From a virus (taxonomy: Duplodnaviria; Caudoviricetes): 59,509 nucleotides of DNA. Made by a program: the position numbers and the translations under genes. The DNA lies in the IMG/VR virus record IMGVR_UViG_3300017781_000007, positions 1 to 59,509 of that record; one strand, written 5' to 3'. Below, one piece after another: positions 56,146-59,509 of the stretch. Position 1 is the first letter of the stretch; each line of letters begins with the position of its first letter. The notes under the pieces are model-generated. The model was not told the origin of the DNA, did no database searches, and saw nothing but the letters and a program-made list of their open reading frames with translations.

Positions 56146-56227
56146 ATTAAGGCTCCTAAAAATAATGTTAGTTTAGGAAACAAAATTGTAAAAATAATAA
56201 CAACTCCAAAAAATCTTAACCAAGCCA

Positions 56228-56425
56228 TTATCTATTCTCCAATTCATTCTTAGCTAACTGAGTACATAGATCTGTTGGTAAAGGTTTGACATACTCATCT
56301 CCGATTTTGATGTGTACATTTTTTAGTTTACCTGCAACCTCATCAAAGCTTGTGCCCTCTGATAATGCAATATCTATCTTCTCAACTAGACCTTTAAACA
56401 TTTTTGATTTACTTTTTAAGTTCAT
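56228..56425 (-). CDS. Hypothetical protein
   Basis: 65 aa; AGGAG RBS and promoter upstream. Confidence 0.6.
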   Translation of the reverse strand: MNLKSKSKMFKGLVEKIDIALSEGTSFDEVAGKLKNVHIKIGDEYVKPLPTDLCTQLAKNELENR

Positions 56426-56438
56426 TGTTTTTTCTCCT

Positions 56439-56474
56439 GTCCCATTAATATAGGAATTGATACCCTAGTGTCAA
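56439..56474 (-). promoter_or_regulatory. Sigma70-like promoter TTGACA-N16-TATATT followed by aATGGGAC
   Basis: Read on the minus strand, upstream of 56425. Confidence 0.65.
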
Positions 56475-56483
56475 CAAGTATTT

Positions 56484-56732
56484 TTGGTGCTATATTTAAT
56501 TATGAAAGAATTCTTTATGATGGGTATGTTATGCCTAATTAACCCAATGACAGGCCAGGAGCACTGCGCTATGCTGCATGAGGATCCAATAATATTTTAC
56601 CGGGAAGAAGTCTGCAAAGTCGAGGCAAGCAAAAAAGTCAATGAAATAGCGGTTCAAATGACCGAAAAAGGGTTTTACGTTACAAGAATTTTTATGAACT
56701 GCGTTGTTGACAAAGATAAACTAAACACTTGA
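56484..56732 (+). CDS. Small Cys-containing protein (probable start ATG 56502)
   Basis: Hydrophobic N-terminus, four Cys. Confidence 0.5.
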   Translation: MVLYLIMKEFFMMGMLCLINPMTGQEHCAMLHEDPIIFYREEVCKVEASKKVNEIAVQMTEKGFYVTRIFMNCVVDKDKLNT

Positions 56733-56757
56733 TTTTACACCAAATAGTTGATAAGAT
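56729..56757 (+). promoter_or_regulatory. Sigma70-like promoter TTGATT-N17-TAAGAT, likely leaderless transcript
   Basis: ATG at 56764 is 7 nt after the -10 box; no SD. Confidence 0.6.
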
Positions 56758-56763
56758 TATCCT

Positions 56764-57027
56764 ATGAAGCAATATCGCTTTCAATGTTATGTGGCTGGAC
56801 TATATATTACTAGTGTCGTAAACGCCAATGACGATGAAGCTGCGATCAATGGCTTTGTACAGAATCTGAATGATAAACAGTATTCTGTTAAACCTGATGG
56901 ATTCGGTCGTGGTATGCGTCGATTCCATATTACTTATGAGGAGCTAGACAATGGCACTACAGGAGTTAATATCGAAGAAGCTTCAGTTGGAGTCCAAATG
57001 GGCAACACAAGCGTTAGCACAGGGTAG
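56764..57027 (+). CDS. Hypothetical protein
   Basis: 87 aa; promoter directly upstream. Confidence 0.55.
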   Translation: MKQYRFQCYVAGLYITSVVNANDDEAAINGFVQNLNDKQYSVKPDGFGRGMRRFHITYEELDNGTTGVNIEEASVGVQMGNTSVSTG

Positions 57028-57136
57028 GGTTACACCTGATATGAAGTGGATCGATATTGAAATCAAAGGTCTTAGAGTTAAGATCAACGAGCAAAGCGTA
57101 GAAGACGCTGAGCGACTTTTTAAAAAAACTGGTTAA
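56951..57136 (+). CDS. Small coiled-coil protein
   Basis: 61 aa; GAGGAG RBS. Confidence 0.6.
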   Translation: MALQELISKKLQLESKWATQALAQGRVTPDMKWIDIEIKGLRVKINEQSVEDAERLFKKTG

Positions 57137-57197
57137 TTACTAGTTTTTATATTTTTTTCAAAAATCATTGATTTGGTACGGGGACTCTTGCTCTCTA

Positions 57198-57644
57198 TTA
57201 TTTTGGAACTACAGTTCTGACGTTTTCTGTAAATAAGTGAGTAACTTTTTCTGTGTATTTTTTCATTTTACCTTGCCACAGCTTCTCCATAAATCTCAAC
57301 ATGTTAGGATGTTCATCCCAAGTAAGATCATTTAATTTTTTAAAAAAAATTTTTTCATCTTTGTTTCTTGCTTTGTAAAAAAAGCTGCCTTTGATGTCTG
57401 CCTTCTGAAGTATTCTAAACCTATCACTGCCATCAGTTAGTTGATCATTCTCATCAATTACCATTGGACATAACAGACCATTCTTTTCTATGTCCTTTTT
57501 TAATAAGTCAGCATTGAATGCTATTTTCTTTTTTACATCATCAAATTTTTTTAAAACTAATCTTTCTTTGAAGATCATATATGTAGGCCAGGCTACAGAT
57601 CCAATACCTGCTACTTCGTTTTTATGAAGCTTGTCCAAAGTCAT
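57198..57644 (-). CDS. ParB/Sulfiredoxin-like N-terminal domain protein (start uncertain)
   Basis: LKKDIEKNGLLCPMVID...LTDGSDR (variant of DGxHR). Confidence 0.5.
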   Translation of the reverse strand: MTLDKLHKNEVAGIGSVAWPTYMIFKERLVLKKFDDVKKKIAFNADLLKKDIEKNGLLCPMVIDENDQLTDGSDRFRILQKADIKGSFFYKARNKDEKIFFKKLNDLTWDEHPNMLRFMEKLWQGKMKKYTEKVTHLFTENVRTVVPK

Positions 57645-59493
57645 CTCCTAAAGCTACATCTACTTTACTTGGTACTTTAAATTCCATACAAGTTTCCATT
57701 GTTTCCTTGATGTTCTTTATATCATCATCTGTTTTAATATCAAAACATAATTCATCATGTATTTGCACTTTTGGTAAATAACCTATTTCATTACAACTTA
57801 TAATTGCTTGCTTTGTTTGATCAGCTGCGGATCCTTGTATTAATCTATTCAAAGCTTTATAAGTGAAAGCTCTCTTAATATTGTTTTTACCATATTTTGC
57901 AACGGCGTTTTCAAATGTTTCTGGTGAATGAATACCAAAATCTTTAGGTTCCCACATGTCAAATCGACACTTCCTACCTTTTTTTGTTCTAATTACACCT
58001 TCATCATTTGCTTTTTTCATACATCTATCAGATAATAACTTCACAAATGGAACTTTACGATTATACTTGGATATTAGTGCCGATGCTTCTTCTGTGGACA
58101 ATCCAAGTGATATACCTAATTTATTTTTACCCATTCCATACATCAATCCTAAGCCTATTGTCTTGGCTTGTTTTCGCTCTATTCCTGCTAGATCTGCTAC
58201 TGTTTGGTGAAAGTCGGTTTCTGAATTAGCGTAAGCCTCTACAAGTTCGTTAGAACCTTCGTATCCGTCGCCTATAGAGGCTGCATAATGTACTACCATT
58301 CGTGGTTCTTGTTGACTATAGTCAAAGCTTCCCCATCTACAACCTTCTTCTGGTAAGAAGAGACCTCGGATTTTTGGTCCAAAATCTTTGTTACGTGCTG
58401 GTAACTGTTGAAGATTAGGATTAGCCATAGACAAACGGCCGCTGACAGTCCCACCACTGTCACTACGTAACTGATTGATCTCGCCATGTATTCTCCCATT
58501 GTGTTCGTATTTTAAAATTGAGTCCAGGAATGTACCATGAAACTTGTTGATCTCTCTAGCCTGTGCTATATATTTTGATATTTCGTGTTTCGAATTAGCT
58601 AACCAATTGGATGTAAAAGATGGCTCATGAGTTTTGTCAGTACGTGGATAATCTATGCCGAGTCGGTCGTAGGCTTCTCCTATTTGTCGTGCTGCCCATA
58701 TGTCTACTTCTTTGCCTGCTAATTGTTTTATTTTTATTAAATACTGCTTCTCCTGAGCTTGGAAGTCTTTTTTTAGTTGATGCGCCTTATCTACATCAAC
58801 TTTTACACCCCTCTCTCTCATCTTAATTAATATTGGAAGTAGTTTAGTTTCCATTCTCCAAACTGTTTCTAAATTTTGATTATGTAATTCTGGTTTAAAT
58901 CTCTGCCATAACAAATATGTTAGACGTGCATCTTGCTCAGCATAAAAACCAACATGCTCTGCAGGTAACCTCCACATTTCTCCTTTGGGATCAATGCCAT
59001 GATCCTTCGCAGCTTCTTTTAAATCGGTTTCGGACTTTAGCTCACCAAGATAATCTTTAGCTAATGCGTTTAGACTGTAAGACCATCTGTTTTCATCAAT
59101 TACTGCAGCTGTAATCATTGTATCTATTATCTCACCATTAACTTCAATACCCATTTGTCTCAACCACCCAATATCATACTGTGCATTATGAAATATTTTT
59201 CTACATGGTAACTTACAAACATCTTTCATGTAGTTTAAAACTTGTTCAGGTATCATGTTGCCACCACCCTCATGTTTAAATGGGTAGTATCCTTGCCAAC
59301 CTTCTACAGCTACAGCGAAACCAATAACATACCCATTACCAGTTGCCCAACCTGCACCAAGTTTATTATTAATACCTTCGTCTCTAGTTTCTAAATCTAT
59401 TGCTATCTCATCATAAGCACTTAAATCTTTATACTCTGATGGACAAGACCAAATATGTTTTTTAAAATTAAATGTAAATTGTAAACCCGTCAT
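57622..59493 (-). CDS. polA: Family A DNA polymerase with 3'-5' exonuclease domain
   Basis: AIDLET, FHNAQYD, GRLS...PNLQQ, motif A DYSQQEPR, motif B RKQAKTIGLGLMYG, motif C QIHDEL. Confidence 0.96.
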   Translation of the reverse strand: MTGLQFTFNFKKHIWSCPSEYKDLSAYDEIAIDLETRDEGINNKLGAGWATGNGYVIGFAVAVEGWQGYYPFKHEGGGNMIPEQVLNYMKDVCKLPCRKIFHNAQYDIGWLRQMGIEVNGEIIDTMITAAVIDENRWSYSLNALAKDYLGELKSETDLKEAAKDHGIDPKGEMWRLPAEHVGFYAEQDARLTYLLWQRFKPELHNQNLETVWRMETKLLPILIKMRERGVKVDVDKAHQLKKDFQAQEKQYLIKIKQLAGKEVDIWAARQIGEAYDRLGIDYPRTDKTHEPSFTSNWLANSKHEISKYIAQAREINKFHGTFLDSILKYEHNGRIHGEINQLRSDSGGTVSGRLSMANPNLQQLPARNKDFGPKIRGLFLPEEGCRWGSFDYSQQEPRMVVHYAASIGDGYEGSNELVEAYANSETDFHQTVADLAGIERKQAKTIGLGLMYGMGKNKLGISLGLSTEEASALISKYNRKVPFVKLLSDRCMKKANDEGVIRTKKGRKCRFDMWEPKDFGIHSPETFENAVAKYGKNNIKRAFTYKALNRLIQGSAADQTKQAIISCNEIGYLPKVQIHDELCFDIKTDDDIKNIKETMETCMEFKVPSKVDVALGDDFGQAS

Positions 59494-59509
59494 AATTTCT
59501 TTGGTTGAT

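Noticed and set aside
1-59509. Stop-codon reassignment, integrase/lysogeny module, reverse transcriptase or DGR
   Set aside because: Genes are full length in the standard code; no recombinase or RT motifs and no template/variable repeat pair seen
59494-59509. Terminal repeat or exact circular join with position 1
   Set aside because: No visible repeat between the ends, and the gene at 1-198 cannot be confidently continued across the join

Overview
This window looks like most or all of the genome of an AT-rich, lytic, short-tailed (podovirus-like) marine dsDNA phage, with nearly all genes on the minus strand. Gene content and order most resemble HTVC023P/HTVC027P-type pelagiphages; this is an inference from recalled gene content, not a search result. 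Modules in window order: (1) DNA modification and replication (PAPS-reductase-like protein, C5 methyltransferase, UvrD helicase, AEP primase, SSB-like protein, SNF2 helicase, exonuclease); (2) putative ejection proteins; (3) two glycosyltransferases and tail proteins; (4) five 2OG-Fe(II) oxygenases plus a flavin-dependent halogenase; (5) fibre and neck genes, many small basic proteins, and an M15 endolysin; (6) capsid, scaffold, GroES, holin, LAGLIDADG endonuclease, portal and TerL; (7) a GC-rich, repeat-laden early or terminal region, TerS and an iteron-like array; (8) small early genes and a family A DNA polymerase. No tRNA, rRNA, CRISPR array or integrase was seen. Most notable observations: a dual-coded methyltransferase whose missing motif IX and three WxTP repeats lie in a nested alternative frame; seven ~90-100 bp tripartite units with a strand-biased CGTGGG block between TerL and TerS; a shared xxGG / YxxDL peptide signature across about 12 small head-region proteins; a recurring TATATTnATGGGA promoter motif; and three candidate structured RNAs.
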